A stretch of 64,000 nucleotides of DNA, taken from NCBI GenBank assembly GCA_027490215.1, contig JAIXYO010000025.1, positions 7,277 to 71,276 on the forward strand. The letters run 5' to 3'. Below the pieces are notes generated by a model. That model was not told where the DNA came from. It searched no databases and was given only the letters and a program-made list of their open reading frames with translations. This stretch comes from Rubrivivax sp. (GTDB lineage Bacteria > Pseudomonadota > Gammaproteobacteria > Burkholderiales > Burkholderiaceae_C). The translations under genes and the position numbers were made by a program. Positions 1-10,503 of this stretch are shown in pieces. Numbering within the stretch: the stretch's first letter is position 1; each line of letters begins with the position of its first letter.

Positions 1-36
1 CTTCGGCCAAGAACTGAGCGGACACCGGGCGAGCGC

Positions 37-3000
37 ATGAACATCTCCCGCTTCTTCATCGACCGGCCCATCTTCGCGGCCGTGCTGTCGATCGTCATCA
101 CGCTCGTCGGCGGCCTGGCCATCCTGGCGCTGCCGATTTCCGAGTATCCCGAGGTCGCTCCGCCGCAGGTGGTGGTGCGCGCGCAGTTCCCTGGCGCCAA
201 CGCGCGGGTGATCGCCGAGACGGTGGCGACGCCGCTCGAAGAGCAGCTCAACGGCATCGAGGGCATGCTCTACATGAGCAGCCTCGCCACGCCCGATGGC
301 GCCATGACGCTCACGGTCAGCTTCAAGATCGGCACCGACCCCGAGGCCGCCGAGACAGCGGTGCAGAACCGGGTGCAACGCGCGCTGCCGCGGCTGCCCG
401 AGATCGTCCGCCAGGTCGGTGTGACCACCGAGAAGAGCTCGCCCAACCTGACCATGGTCGTGCACATGGTCTCGCCCGATAACCGCTACGACGCGCTCTA
501 CCTGCGCAACTACGGCACGCTGAACGTTCGCGACCAGTTGCTGCGCATCCCGGGCATGGGATCGGTGCAGACCTTCGGCTCGGGCGACTACGCGATGCGC
601 ATCTGGCTCGACCCGCAAAAGCTCGCCGCGCGCAACCTCACCTCGAACGACGTGGTCGCGGCCTTGCGCGAGCAGAACGCCCAGGTCGCCGCGGGTGTCG
701 TCGGCTCGATGCCGGCGCCCCAGGGCACCGAGTTCCAGCTGTCGGTGAACACCCAGGGACGACTTGCGACGGAACAAGAGTTCGCCGAGGTGATCGTCAA
801 GGCCGACACGACCGACCGCTCGGTGGTCCGCATCAAGGACCTCGGGCGCGTCGAGATGGGCCCGAACACCTATGCGCTCGGCTCGCTGCTGAACAACAAG
901 GAAGCGGCCGCCCTGGCCATCTTCCAGGCGCCCAACTCGAACGCGCTGCAGCTGTCGGCGGACGTGCGCGAGACGATGGAGAGGCTCAAGCCCGACTTCC
1001 CGCCTGGCGTCGATTACGCCATCGTGTACGACCCGACGCGCTTCGTGCAGACCTCGATCGAGAAGGTCATCTCGACGCTGATCGAGGCGATCCTGCTGGT
1101 GGTCATCGTCGTGGTGATCTTCCTGCAGACCTGGCGCGCGTCGCTGATCCCGCTGCTGGCGGTCCCGGTGTCGATCGTCGGAACGTTCGCGGTCCTGTTG
1201 CTGCTGGGCTTTTCGATCAACACACTCACGCTCTTCGGGCTGGTGCTGGCCATCGGCATCGTCGTCGACGATGCGATCGTGGTGGTCGAGAACGTCGAGC
1301 GCAACATCGAGGCAGGGCTCAGTCCGCACGACGCCAGCGTGAAGGCGATGCAGGAGGTCTCGGGCCCGATCATCGCCATCGGCCTGGTGCTGTGCGCGGT
1401 GTTCGTGCCGCTCGCCTTCGTGAGCGGGCTGTCAGGCCAGTTCTACAAGCAGTTCGCGGTGACCATCGCGATCTCGACGGTCATCTCCGCATTCAACTCG
1501 CTGACCCTGTCGCCCGCGCTGAGCGCCATCCTGCTCAAGCCGCACGACGCGCCGAAGGACCGCCTCACCCGCGCCATCGATGCGGTACTCGGCGGCTTCT
1601 TCCGCTGGTTCAACCGCTTCTTCAACCGCAATGCCGACCGCTACAGCGGCGCAGTCACCACCACCGTCGTCAAGCGCAAGACGATCTCGGTGCTGATCTA
1701 CGCCTTGCTGCTCGGACTCACGGTGCTCATGTTCACCAAGGTGCCACCGGGCTTCGTGCCGCAGCAGGACAAGCAGTACCTGATCGGCATCGCGCAGCTG
1801 CCCGATGGCGCGAGCCTGGAGCGCACGACCAAGGTCATCCGGCAGATGAGCGACATCGCGCTCGGCGTGCCGGGCGTGCGCGACTCGGTCGCCTTCCCTG
1901 GCCTCAGCATCAACGGCTTCACCGCCGCATCGAACGCCGGCATCGTGTTCTTCGGCCTCGACGATTTCGAGAATCGCCTCACCCCCGAACGCAGCGCCAA
2001 CAGCATCGTCGGCCAGGTCAACCAGCGGCTCGGTGCGATCCAGGGCGCCTACCTGTTCGTGCTCAGCCCACCGCCGGTCAGCGGTCTGGGCAACGCGGGC
2101 GGCTTCAAGCTGCAGATCCAGGACCGCAACGGCAACGCCGGCGAGGCGGGGCTCAACGGCGCCGTCAACCAGCTGATGGGCCGCATCTATGGCAACCCCA
2201 ACAGCTCGATCACGCAGGCCTTCAGCAGCTACCAGATCAACGTGCCGCAGCTCTTTGCCAACGTCGACCGCACCAAGGCGAAGGAGATGGGCATCAAGCT
2301 CGATGACATCTACGACACGATGCAGACCTACCTCGGGTCGCTTTACGTCAACGATTTCAACCGCTTCGGCAAGACGTATCAGGTGATCGTGCAGGCCGAT
2401 GCCCAGTACCGCTCGCGCGCCGAGGACATCGGCAACCTGAAGATCCGTAATGCCGAGGGCCAGATGGTGCCGCTCAGTGCCGTGATGAAGGTCGAGCCGA
2501 CCTTCGGTCCTGCGGCGGTCGGGCGCTACAACAGCCTCTATGCCGCCGACTTCAACGGCGCGCCGAAGCCGGGATTCAGCTCGGGCGAGGCCCAGGCCGA
2601 GATGGAGAAGATCCTCAAGGAGACGCTGCCGCGCGGCATGGGCTACGAATGGACCGAGCTGGTCTACCAGGAAAAGATCGCCGGCAACACGATGGCGATC
2701 ATCTTCCCGCTGTGCGTGCTGCTCGTGTTCCTGGTGCTGGCCGCGACCTACGAGAGCTGGACGCTGCCGCTCGCCATCATCCTGATCGTGCCGATGTGCA
2801 TCCTGAGCGCGGTCACCGGCGTGTGGCTCAGCGGCTTCCTCGGGCACCCGGCCGACAACAACATCTTCACCCAGATCGCCTTTGTGGTGCTGGTCGGGCT
2901 GGCGTGCAAGAACGCGATCCTGATCGTCGAGTTCGCGCGTGAGCTCGAGTTGCAGGGCCGCACTCCGGTGCAGGCGGTGGTGGAGTCCTGCCGGCTGCGC

Positions 3001-3273
3001 CTGCGACCGATTCTGATGACCTCGATCGCCTTCATCGCTGGCGTCGTGCCGCTGGTGCTGTCCACGGGCGCCGGTGCCGAGATGCGGCAGGCGATGGGCA
3101 TCGCGGTGATGAGCGGCATGATCGGCGTCACCGTGTTCGGCTTGATCCTGACGCCGGTGTTCTACGCGGTGCTGCGCAAGCTGTCGCCGGCCAAGCTGCA
3201 CCACGCTGGACGCACGCCAACACCTCCACCGCCCGCCCTGCCTGCGGCCGCCACCGGAGACAGCCATGCGTGA
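37..3273 (+). CDS. RND (HAE1 family) efflux permease, AcrB/MexB-like
   Basis: 1078-aa ORF. N-terminus MNISRFFIDRPIFAAVLSIVITLVGG and overall length and hydrophobic pattern are typical of AcrB-family pumps. It overlaps the downstream outer-membrane factor gene by 8 nt. Confidence 0.92.
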   Translation: MNISRFFIDRPIFAAVLSIVITLVGGLAILALPISEYPEVAPPQVVVRAQFPGANARVIAETVATPLEEQLNGIEGMLYMSSLATPDGAMTLTVSFKIGTDPEAAETAVQNRVQRALPRLPEIVRQVGVTTEKSSPNLTMVVHMVSPDNRYDALYLRNYGTLNVRDQLLRIPGMGSVQTFGSGDYAMRIWLDPQKLAARNLTSNDVVAALREQNAQVAAGVVGSMPAPQGTEFQLSVNTQGRLATEQEFAEVIVKADTTDRSVVRIKDLGRVEMGPNTYALGSLLNNKEAAALAIFQAPNSNALQLSADVRETMERLKPDFPPGVDYAIVYDPTRFVQTSIEKVISTLIEAILLVVIVVVIFLQTWRASLIPLLAVPVSIVGTFAVLLLLGFSINTLTLFGLVLAIGIVVDDAIVVVENVERNIEAGLSPHDASVKAMQEVSGPIIAIGLVLCAVFVPLAFVSGLSGQFYKQFAVTIAISTVISAFNSLTLSPALSAILLKPHDAPKDRLTRAIDAVLGGFFRWFNRFFNRNADRYSGAVTTTVVKRKTISVLIYALLLGLTVLMFTKVPPGFVPQQDKQYLIGIAQLPDGASLERTTKVIRQMSDIALGVPGVRDSVAFPGLSINGFTAASNAGIVFFGLDDFENRLTPERSANSIVGQVNQRLGAIQGAYLFVLSPPPVSGLGNAGGFKLQIQDRNGNAGEAGLNGAVNQLMGRIYGNPNSSITQAFSSYQINVPQLFANVDRTKAKEMGIKLDDIYDTMQTYLGSLYVNDFNRFGKTYQVIVQADAQYRSRAEDIGNLKIRNAEGQMVPLSAVMKVEPTFGPAAVGRYNSLYAADFNGAPKPGFSSGEAQAEMEKILKETLPRGMGYEWTELVYQEKIAGNTMAIIFPLCVLLVFLVLAATYESWTLPLAIILIVPMCILSAVTGVWLSGFLGHPADNNIFTQIAFVVLVGLACKNAILIVEFARELELQGRTPVQAVVESCRLRLRPILMTSIAFIAGVVPLVLSTGAGAEMRQAMGIAVMSGMIGVTVFGLILTPVFYAVLRKLSPAKLHHAGRTPTPPPPALPAAATGDSHA

Positions 3274-4762
3274 ACCTGCTTTCAGGCTGATCCCTTGCGC
3301 AACGGCGTCCGCCGCACTGATGCTGGCGCTGCTCGGCTCCGGCTGCGCCTGGGTCGGACACGACTATCAGGTGCCGCCGGCAAAGCTGGACGCCGGCTTC
3401 ATTGGCGCCGGGGCAACCAAACTCAACAGCGAACCCGTGGCCTCCGACATCGCAGCCTTCTGGCGCGGCTTCAACGATGCCGAGTTGAGCGCACTGGTCG
3501 AGCGTGCCTTGCAGGCCAATGGCGATGTGCGCATCGCGCAGGCGCGACTGCAGGAATCGCGCGCCAACCGCAGCGAAATCGACACCCAGACCCTTCCCAG
3601 CATCAGCCTCGATGCCAACGCCAGGCGATCGGTGTCGCCACCCTCAGCGGCCTTCCAGTCGACACGCAGTCAGCGCACCGGCGCGAACTTCGATGCCGGC
3701 TTCGTCGCGAACTGGGAGCTGGATTTCTTCGGGGTCGAGCGGCGCGCCAAGGAGTCCGCCAGCGCGCTGGTCGGCGTCAGCCTCGCGAGCCTGGGCGCGG
3801 CACAGACGAGCGTGGCAGCCGAAGTCGCGCGCAACTATCTGGAGGTCCGCGGGCTGCAGCTGCGCTACGACGTCACGCAGGCAGCTCTGACGAACCAGCG
3901 TGAATCGCTGACCATCGCGCAGGCCCGCCTCGATGCCGGTCGCGGCACGCAACTCGACCTGGAACGTGCGCTGAGCCTCACCGCCAGCACCGAAGCCGCA
4001 CTGCCCAGCCTGCAAGCCGCGATCGACCTCGGCATCTACCGCCTTGCCACGCTGACAGCCCAGCCACCGGCCGAGTTGCGTGCGCGGCTCGCCACGCCGG
4101 CGCCGCTGCCCGGCCTGCCCGTGACCGATCTCGCCGCACTGCCCGTCGGCACGCCGCAGCAGTGGATGGCACGGCGCCCTGACGTCGCCGCGGCCGAGCG
4201 CCAACTGGCATCGGCCACCGCCGAGATCGGTGTGACCGAAGGCGCCCTGTACCCGAGCATCAGCGTCAGCGGTCTGCTGGGATTGGCTTCGACGAAGTTC
4301 GCCAACCTGACCGACAGCCAGTCGCGGCGCTATTCGGTAGGTGCTGGCATCTCGTGGACGCTGCTGGACTTCGGCCGCGTGCGCGCCCGCATCAAGGCCA
4401 GCGAGGCGCGCACACTGCAAGCACTCGCCAGCTATGAACAGACGCTGGCCACCGCATTGGAAGAGACCGAAGGCTCGTTCGCGCAATTCAGTCGCAACGC
4501 GCAGCGGCGCGAAAGCCTGGCACGTGCCGAGCGCAGTGCGGCCGAAGCCTCCCGACTGGCGCGGCTGCGTTACGAAGCCGGCGTCACCGACTTCCTGGCC
4601 GTGCTCGACGCCGATCGCGAACTGCTCACGACGCGCGATGCGCTGGCGCAGGCTGATACCGCGAATGCCACCTCGCTGGTCGCGGTGTACCGCGCGCTGG
4701 GGGGTGGGTGGGCGGTGCCCGCGCCAGCGTCGGCAACTGTCGCGGCTGAAGCAGGGCGCTGA
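3266..4762 (+). CDS. RND efflux outer-membrane factor lipoprotein (NodT/OprM family)
   Basis: 498-aa ORF with a lipobox (LLGSGC) after a signal peptide. Repeated coiled alpha-helical OMF-type sequence (QARLQESRANR..., AEVARNYLEVRGLQ...). Directly follows the RND permease. Confidence 0.9.
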   Translation: MREPAFRLIPCATASAALMLALLGSGCAWVGHDYQVPPAKLDAGFIGAGATKLNSEPVASDIAAFWRGFNDAELSALVERALQANGDVRIAQARLQESRANRSEIDTQTLPSISLDANARRSVSPPSAAFQSTRSQRTGANFDAGFVANWELDFFGVERRAKESASALVGVSLASLGAAQTSVAAEVARNYLEVRGLQLRYDVTQAALTNQRESLTIAQARLDAGRGTQLDLERALSLTASTEAALPSLQAAIDLGIYRLATLTAQPPAELRARLATPAPLPGLPVTDLAALPVGTPQQWMARRPDVAAAERQLASATAEIGVTEGALYPSISVSGLLGLASTKFANLTDSQSRRYSVGAGISWTLLDFGRVRARIKASEARTLQALASYEQTLATALEETEGSFAQFSRNAQRRESLARAERSAAEASRLARLRYEAGVTDFLAVLDADRELLTTRDALAQADTANATSLVAVYRALGGGWAVPAPASATVAAEAGR

Positions 4763-4840
4763 CATAAAGGTATTGCCTTGCAGGCAGCCCGCCGGGCTTC
4801 TTCTGCAAAGGGCTTTTGCACTTGCGTTGCAGCGCGCGAG

Positions 4841-5243
4841 GATTCCGCCCCGGCGGGCGGGGTTTGCCTTTCGCTACAGCCCGCCGGGTCTCGGCCCGGC
4901 ACCCGAGTAACTTTCATTTGCGGGCCCAAATGAAAGTCACCAAAGCAAAGGGCCTCGAACACCAGCCATTTGGTCCGCTCGCTTCGGCTACACGCCTACT
5001 TCAGAGGCTCTGGCCCGAGAACACTCTCCGAACTACCGCCCCGGTTACCTCGCTCAGGTTCAAACATTCGGTCTCGCTGCGCCTCGACCCTTCGGGTCCT
5101 CGGTTTGGGTTCTTGTGCCAGAGCTTCTGCCGTTCGCCTGTAGCCGAAGCGTGGTCACCAAATGGCTGGTGTTCAGGCCCTTTGCTTTGGTGACTTTCAT
5201 TTGGGCCAGCAAATGAAAGTTACCCGCCCGCCGGGGCGGAATC
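4841..5243. repeat. ~400-bp nested imperfect palindrome (MITE/REP-like, no coding capacity)
   Basis: Outer arms gattccgccccggcgggcggg (4841-4861) and the exact reverse complement (5223-5243). Inner arms 4908-4974 vs 5157-5222 differ by 1 mismatch and 1 indel. Each arm holds its own mini-hairpin ctttcatttg-N5-caaatgaaag. Confidence 0.85.
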
Positions 5244-5303
5244 CCGGCGCGGTCTAACTCAAGAGCAAACCCCCACCTGCCGGTCACGGGACAATGCAAG
5301 CCC

Positions 5304-6254
5304 ATGCACCTCCTGATCCCCTACGCCAGTGCCTTGTCAGACGCCAGCGCCCACACGCTGCGCGACCTGAGCCTGCCGAACCTGGGTCGCCTGATGACGG
5401 TGTTGAAAGCGCGCGCGTCGGACATCGACGATGAGTACACGCTGTCGCCACCGCACGAACGTGCGCTTGCTCATGCCCACGGATGGCAAGGCGGCGACGG
5501 TCGCTGGCCGTGGGCGGCGCTGCAGGCTGCGACCGATGGCATCGATATGGGTACGCGCCCCTGCGGCCTGCTGACGCCGGTGCACTGGCATGTCGGGCGC
5601 GAACACATCACGCTGGCCGATCCGGCCGCGCTGAACTTGTCAGCCGACGAGTCTCGTGCGCTGTTCGACGCGGTGAACCCGCTGTTCGACGAAGACCAGA
5701 GCGCCCTGACCTGGGCGTCGCCTCTGCGCTGGTACCTGGTGCATGCGCACCTGGCCGACCTGCCCTGCGCGTCCATCGATCGGGTGATCGGGCGCAACGT
5801 CGACCTGTGGCTGCGGAGCGATCCGCAGGCATCCAGCGATCAACTGGCCCGCACGCGCTGGGTGCGGAGATTGCAGAACGAGGTGCAGATGCTGCTGCAC
5901 CAGCACCCGGTCAACGAGTCCAGGGAAGCTCGCGGGGAATTGCCTGTCAATTCGTTCTGGCTGAGTGGTTGCGGGCGGGCTCAGGCCGCCCCCGCGGTGA
6001 TCACGGTGGACGATCGATTGCGCGCGCCACTGCTCGCCGAGGACTGGGCTGGCTGGGCCGATGCGTGGCGGGCGCTCGACGCCGAGGTGCTCGCGCCGCT
6101 GTTGTCGCGCGTCGCTCAGGGCGAACCGGCGTCGATCACGCTGTGCGGCGAACGCGGATGGCAGCGCTTCGACGCGGCACCGCGTTCGCTGTGGCAGCAA
6201 CTGGTCGACCGCTTCAAGACGGTGGAACCACATGCCGTGTTGAGTGCCCTGTGA
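5304..6254 (+). CDS. conserved hypothetical protein, probably COG4255/RpfE-like
   Basis: 316-aa ORF (MHLLIPYASALSDASAHTLRDLSLPNLGRLM...). Its stop overlaps the recJ start (TGATGA context at 6252-6257). The family call comes from memory of RpfE-type proteins that also neighbour recJ in Xanthomonas; it is unverified. Confidence 0.6.
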   Translation: MHLLIPYASALSDASAHTLRDLSLPNLGRLMTVLKARASDIDDEYTLSPPHERALAHAHGWQGGDGRWPWAALQAATDGIDMGTRPCGLLTPVHWHVGREHITLADPAALNLSADESRALFDAVNPLFDEDQSALTWASPLRWYLVHAHLADLPCASIDRVIGRNVDLWLRSDPQASSDQLARTRWVRRLQNEVQMLLHQHPVNESREARGELPVNSFWLSGCGRAQAAPAVITVDDRLRAPLLAEDWAGWADAWRALDAEVLAPLLSRVAQGEPASITLCGERGWQRFDAAPRSLWQQLVDRFKTVEPHAVLSAL

Positions 6255-8047
6255 TGAATGCGCCCACGCTGACATTGCGACCCGGGTCTCCGCGCAGCGC
6301 GTGGGCACTCGAACAGGCTGGCGTGCCGCCGCTGCTCGCGCGGCTGTTCGCAGCCCGCGGCGTGCGCAGCGCCGAAGAGCTCGACGACGGGCTGGCGCGG
6401 CTGCTGCCGCCCTCTGATCTGCTGGGTGCGGCGAAGGCGGCCTCGCTGCTGGCCGATGCGCTGCGCGACCGGCTGCGGCTGTGCGTCGTGGCCGACTACG
6501 ACTGCGATGGCGCCACCGCCTGCGCGGTCGCATTGCGCGGCCTTGCGCTGATGGGGGCATCACCCGACAGGCTTGGCTACGTGGTGCCTGACCGTGCGGT
6601 ACACGGCTACGGACTCACGCCCACCATCGTCGACCTCGCGCTGGCGCAGGGCGCGCAAGTGCTGCTGACGGTTGACAACGGTGTCGCCAGCCTCGCGGGC
6701 GTCGCTCACGCGCGTGCCAAAGGCCTCATCGTCATCGTGACCGACCACCACCTGCCGGCGCAGGTGGACGGCGAGATCGTGCTGCCCGACGCGCAGGTCA
6801 TCGTCAACCCGAACCAGCCGGGCTGCGGCTTCGCCAGCAAGCACCTGGCCGGGGTCGGCGTGATCTTCTATGTGCTGCTGGCGCTGCGCAGCGAGCTGCG
6901 GTCGCGAGGCGTCTATGCCGATGCGGCCAATGGAAACGCCTCCGCACCCGCCCAGCCCAAGCTCGATGCGCTGCTCGACCTGGTGGCACTCGGCACCGTC
7001 GCGGATGTGGTGCGGCTCGACGCCAACAACCGGCGGCTGGTGGCACAGGGCCTGAAGCGCATTCGCGCCGGCCGCATGCAAGCCGGCGTCGCGGCGCTGT
7101 TCGCCGCAGCGGGGCGCGATGCGTCGCGCGCCGCGGGCTTCGATTTCGGCTTCGCGCTCGGCCCGCGCATCAATGCGGCAGGCCGGCTGTCGGACATGAC
7201 GCTCGGGATCGAGTGTCTGCTGACCGACGAGCCGGCACGCGCTGCCCAACTGGCGCAGCAGCTCGACTCGATCAACCGCGAGCGGCGCGAGGTCGAGTCG
7301 GGGATGCGCGAGCAGGCCGAATCACTGCTGCACGCCCTGCTGCAACAGCACCACGATCCGCAGGCGATCCCGCCCGCATTCGCGATCTACGACCGCGACT
7401 TCCACGAAGGCGTGGTCGGCATCGTCGCGTCTCGCCTGAAGGAGCAAGTGCACCGCCCGACCTTCGTCTTCGCGCGCGGGCAGGACGGGCTGCTGAAAGG
7501 CTCGGGGCGCTCCATCGAGGGGTTCCACCTGCGTGATGCGCTGGACCTTGTCAGCAAGCGCCACCCGGGCGTGCTGAAGAAATTCGGGGGCCACGCGATG
7601 GCCGCCGGCTGCACGCTCGATGAGGCTGATTTCGCCACCTTCCAGGCAGCATTCCAACAGGTTGCGCGCGAAGGGCTGGACGCCACGACGCTGGAGCGGC
7701 GTTTGCTCAGCGACGGACCCTTGGGCATCGAGCACTTCACCATCGACACCGTGCAGTCGCTGAACGCCCAGGTGTGGGGGCCGTCGTTCGAGGCGCCGCT
7801 GTTCAGCGATGAGGTCGAAGTGGTCAACCAGCGGCTGGTCGGCGAGAAGCACCTGAAGCTGAACATCAGGCACGGGGGCACGCTGCGCGACGCGATCTGG
7901 TTCGGCCACATCGACCCGCTGCCACCGCGCGTGACACTCGCCTACAGGCTGAGCGTCGATGAGTACAACGGCCGCCAGCGGCTGCAGATGATCGTCGAAT
8001 CGGCGCAGCCCAGCGCCGAGCGGTCCGTGTCCTTCCCTTCTCCTTGA
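6254..8047 (+). CDS. recJ: single-stranded-DNA-specific exonuclease RecJ
   Basis: DHH/DHHA1 motifs are readable ([35 protein letters not shown]). I chose the ATG at 6254 rather than the long upstream extension (5483), which overlaps the previous gene. Confidence 0.92.
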   Translation: MNAPTLTLRPGSPRSAWALEQAGVPPLLARLFAARGVRSAEELDDGLARLLPPSDLLGAAKAASLLADALRDRLRLCVVADYDCDGATACAVALRGLALMGASPDRLGYVVPDRAVHGYGLTPTIVDLALAQGAQVLLTVDNGVASLAGVAHARAKGLIVIVTDHHLPAQVDGEIVLPDAQVIVNPNQPGCGFASKHLAGVGVIFYVLLALRSELRSRGVYADAANGNASAPAQPKLDALLDLVALGTVADVVRLDANNRRLVAQGLKRIRAGRMQAGVAALFAAAGRDASRAAGFDFGFALGPRINAAGRLSDMTLGIECLLTDEPARAAQLAQQLDSINRERREVESGMREQAESLLHALLQQHHDPQAIPPAFAIYDRDFHEGVVGIVASRLKEQVHRPTFVFARGQDGLLKGSGRSIEGFHLRDALDLVSKRHPGVLKKFGGHAMAAGCTLDEADFATFQAAFQQVAREGLDATTLERRLLSDGPLGIEHFTIDTVQSLNAQVWGPSFEAPLFSDEVEVVNQRLVGEKHLKLNIRHGGTLRDAIWFGHIDPLPPRVTLAYRLSVDEYNGRQRLQMIVESAQPSAERSVSFPSP

Positions 8048-8055
8048 GCCCCACC

Positions 8056-9168
8056 ATGTGCCGATTTCTACGACTGTTTACTTTCGCGTTGTCGTCGTTG
8101 CTCCTGCCGTTGGCGAGCGCACAGGAACTGCGCCCCGTCACCGTCGCCAGTGGCTTGCAGAATCCCTGGGGTCTGGCCTTCCTGCCCGACGGTCGGATGC
8201 TCGTCACCGAGCGGCCAGGCCGACTGCGCATCATCGGCACAGACGGCAAGCTGAGCGCGCCAGTGCTGGGTCTGCCAAAGGTCGAGACAGGTGGCCAAGG
8301 CGGGCTGCTTGATGTCGTGCTGGATCCGAGATTCAGCGAAAACAGGCTCATTTATTTCAGCTACAGCGAACCCGGCATCGACGCCGATGGCGACCGCGCG
8401 AACAGCACGGCAGTGTCCAGGGCGCAGCTCGACGGCAACCGGCTGGTCGATGTGCAGGTGATATTTCGGCAAATGCCCAAAGTCGCCAGCAGGGCGCACT
8501 TCGGCTCGCGGCTGGTCTTCTCGCGCGACGGCAAACTGTTCATCACCCTCGGTGACCGCTTCAGCCGCCGGGACGACGCGCAAACGCTGGACACTCACCA
8601 CGGCAAGGTCGTGCGCATCAACCCTGACGGCACGGTGCCCACCGACAACCCGTTCACAGGCCGCATCGGCGCACTGCCCGAGATCTGGACCTACGGCCAC
8701 CGCAACCTGCAAGGCGCGGCACTGCACCCCGCCACCGGCGAACTGTGGACGCATGAGCACGGACCGCAAGGCGGTGACGAGCTGAACATCGAGGTCGGCG
8801 GGAAGAATTACGGCTGGCCCGTCATCACCTACGGCCGCGAATACGTCATCGGCCTGAAGATCGGTGACGGCACCACCCGTGCAGACGTGCCTGCGCCGCT
8901 GAAGGTGTGGATCCCGTCGATAGCGCCCAGCGGCATGGCCTTTCTGACCAGCGAGCGCTACCCCGGCTGGAAGGGGAACTTGTTCGTCGGCGCGCTGCGC
9001 GGGCAACTGCTGGTGCGGCTGGAACTCGACGGCAACAAGGTCGTCAAGGAAACGCGCCTGCTGCAAGACCTCGGCGAGCGCATCCGCGACGTGCGGGAAG
9101 GCCCCGACGGCTGGCTGTATCTGCTGACGGACAGCGGGAACGGAAAGGTGCTCCGACTCGAGCGCTGA
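8056..9168 (+). CDS. PQQ-dependent sugar dehydrogenase (soluble aldose/sorbosone dehydrogenase, YliI-like)
   Basis: Signal peptide [24 protein letters not shown]. Family motifs [51 protein letters not shown]. Confidence 0.85.
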   Translation: MCRFLRLFTFALSSLLLPLASAQELRPVTVASGLQNPWGLAFLPDGRMLVTERPGRLRIIGTDGKLSAPVLGLPKVETGGQGGLLDVVLDPRFSENRLIYFSYSEPGIDADGDRANSTAVSRAQLDGNRLVDVQVIFRQMPKVASRAHFGSRLVFSRDGKLFITLGDRFSRRDDAQTLDTHHGKVVRINPDGTVPTDNPFTGRIGALPEIWTYGHRNLQGAALHPATGELWTHEHGPQGGDELNIEVGGKNYGWPVITYGREYVIGLKIGDGTTRADVPAPLKVWIPSIAPSGMAFLTSERYPGWKGNLFVGALRGQLLVRLELDGNKVVKETRLLQDLGERIRDVREGPDGWLYLLTDSGNGKVLRLER

Positions 9169-9203
9169 GCCGGCACACTCCCGACGAGTCCCAAGGAGCC
9201 TTC

Positions 9204-10403
9204 ATGTCGCCATCCGCGATGCCGCCATCACCCGTCGCCCCACCCGCAGACCGCAAGCGCCGCCAGTTGATGAGCACCGCCTGGAAAGTGGCGGCCCTGA
9301 CTGCCACCGGCACGGGCTTGTTGGCCTGCGTCTCGTCGCATGCCGCACCGCCCCCCGATCCGGGGAGCACGGCGCGCGCCGTGGTGCTGACGAGTGCGTT
9401 GGTCTCCCCGTGGGGCTTCGCCTTCCTGCCCGATGGCCGGATCGTGGTGACGCAAAGGAAAGGCACCATGGTCATCGTCAGCGCCGACGGCACCATGAAA
9501 TCGGCGCCCCTGAGTGGCGTGCCAGCGGTGGACTCGGCCGGAGAGGGCGGTCTGCTCGATGTGGCGATCGACCCCGATTTCGAGATCGATCCGTGGGTGT
9601 ACTGGACCTACGCCGAGTCCGACAGCGGCGGCAGCGGGACGGCAGTGGCGCGTGGGCGCTTGTCAGGCACGGCGCTGGTGGACGTGCAGGTGATTTTTCG
9701 GCAGCTCCCCAAGGTGCCGGGCGAGGGTCACTTCGGCTCGCGGCTGGTGTTTCGCAGCGACAAGACCTTGTACGTGACCCTGGACGAGCGCGCAGAAGAG
9801 CGTCCGGCACAAGACCTGACCACGCACCTCGGCAAGGTGATACGCATCGAGCGCGATGGCAGCGTGCCCACCGGCAACCCCGACCTCGGCGGGACCGCGC
9901 GGCCCGAACTGTGGAGCCTGGGTCATCGCAATCCGCAAGGCGCCGCGCTGCATCCCACCACCGGCGAGCTGTGGCTGGCCGAGCACGGCCCGCAGGGCGG
10001 TGACGAGTTGAACAGGGTCACGCCAGGCGGCAACTACGGCTGGCCGGTCAAAAGCTATGGCTGCAGTTACGGCGCCCCGGTCGGCACCGCCTGCCGCATC
10101 GGTGGTGGCACGCACGCGCCGACCTACATCGAACCGGTTTCGTATTGGGTGCCCACCTCGATCGCACCGTCCGGCTTGGTGTTCTACACCGGCGCGGGCT
10201 TCCCGGAATGGCAGGGCAACGCCTTCCTCGGCGCACTGGCCGGCCAAGCCTTGTGGCGGGTGGTGCTCAGCGGCGCGACGGAGGTGTCGCGCGAGCAGCT
10301 GTTCGCCAGCCTTGGCGAGCGCATACGCTGCGTTCGACAGGGGCCGGACGGCTGGCTGTACCTGCTGACCGACAGCGGCAAGCTGATCCGCATCGAGCGC
10401 TGA
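9204..10403 (+). CDS. PQQ-dependent sugar dehydrogenase paralogue, probable lipoprotein
   Basis: Same motif set as the upstream gene ([39 protein letters not shown]). RBS aaggag lies 5 nt before the ATG at 9204. N-terminus has RKRRQLM and a possible lipobox GLLAC. Confidence 0.85.
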   Translation: MSPSAMPPSPVAPPADRKRRQLMSTAWKVAALTATGTGLLACVSSHAAPPPDPGSTARAVVLTSALVSPWGFAFLPDGRIVVTQRKGTMVIVSADGTMKSAPLSGVPAVDSAGEGGLLDVAIDPDFEIDPWVYWTYAESDSGGSGTAVARGRLSGTALVDVQVIFRQLPKVPGEGHFGSRLVFRSDKTLYVTLDERAEERPAQDLTTHLGKVIRIERDGSVPTGNPDLGGTARPELWSLGHRNPQGAALHPTTGELWLAEHGPQGGDELNRVTPGGNYGWPVKSYGCSYGAPVGTACRIGGGTHAPTYIEPVSYWVPTSIAPSGLVFYTGAGFPEWQGNAFLGALAGQALWRVVLSGATEVSREQLFASLGERIRCVRQGPDGWLYLLTDSGKLIRIER

Positions 10404-10503
10404 GCGCCGCCAGGCGCGGCGGTTCGTGAACCAGTGCGCCGATGCCCCTGCGGCGCGTCGTGTGCAGGGACTGTTGCCCTGACCCCTTGCCTACAATCGT
10501 TCG

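Noticed and set aside
1-36. Possible 3' end of an upstream membrane-fusion protein gene (a TGA at about 15-17).
   Set aside because: Only a few codons are visible at the window edge, so this cannot be supported from the sequence.
1432-3267. 611-aa ORF antisense to the RND permease. Similar long antisense or alternate-frame ORFs lie at 17125-19224, 35906-38248, 45899-47683, 59264-61099 and 61144-62787.
   Set aside because: These are Arg/Ala/Gly/Pro-rich, low-complexity translations with no recognisable motifs. Each lies fully inside a confidently identified gene on the other strand or frame. They are typical shadow ORFs of high-GC DNA.
4816-5305. Two mirror-image ORFs (125 aa on plus, 81 aa on minus) containing ...FHL(R/L)AQMKVTKAKGL...
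   Set aside because: Both arise from the two arms of the 4841-5243 palindrome. The symmetry, not coding selection, explains the similar peptides.
5483-6253. Long N-terminal extension of the recJ reading frame (the ORF is called from 5483).
   Set aside because: The extension overlaps almost the whole upstream RpfE-like gene in another frame and is Arg/Ala-rich nonsense. RecJ homology begins right after the ATG at 6254.
8907-9203. Upstream extension of the second PQQ dehydrogenase ORF (called from 8907).
   Set aside because: It overlaps the 3' end of the first dehydrogenase in another frame. A good RBS (aaggag) precedes the ATG at 9204, where signal-peptide-like sequence begins.
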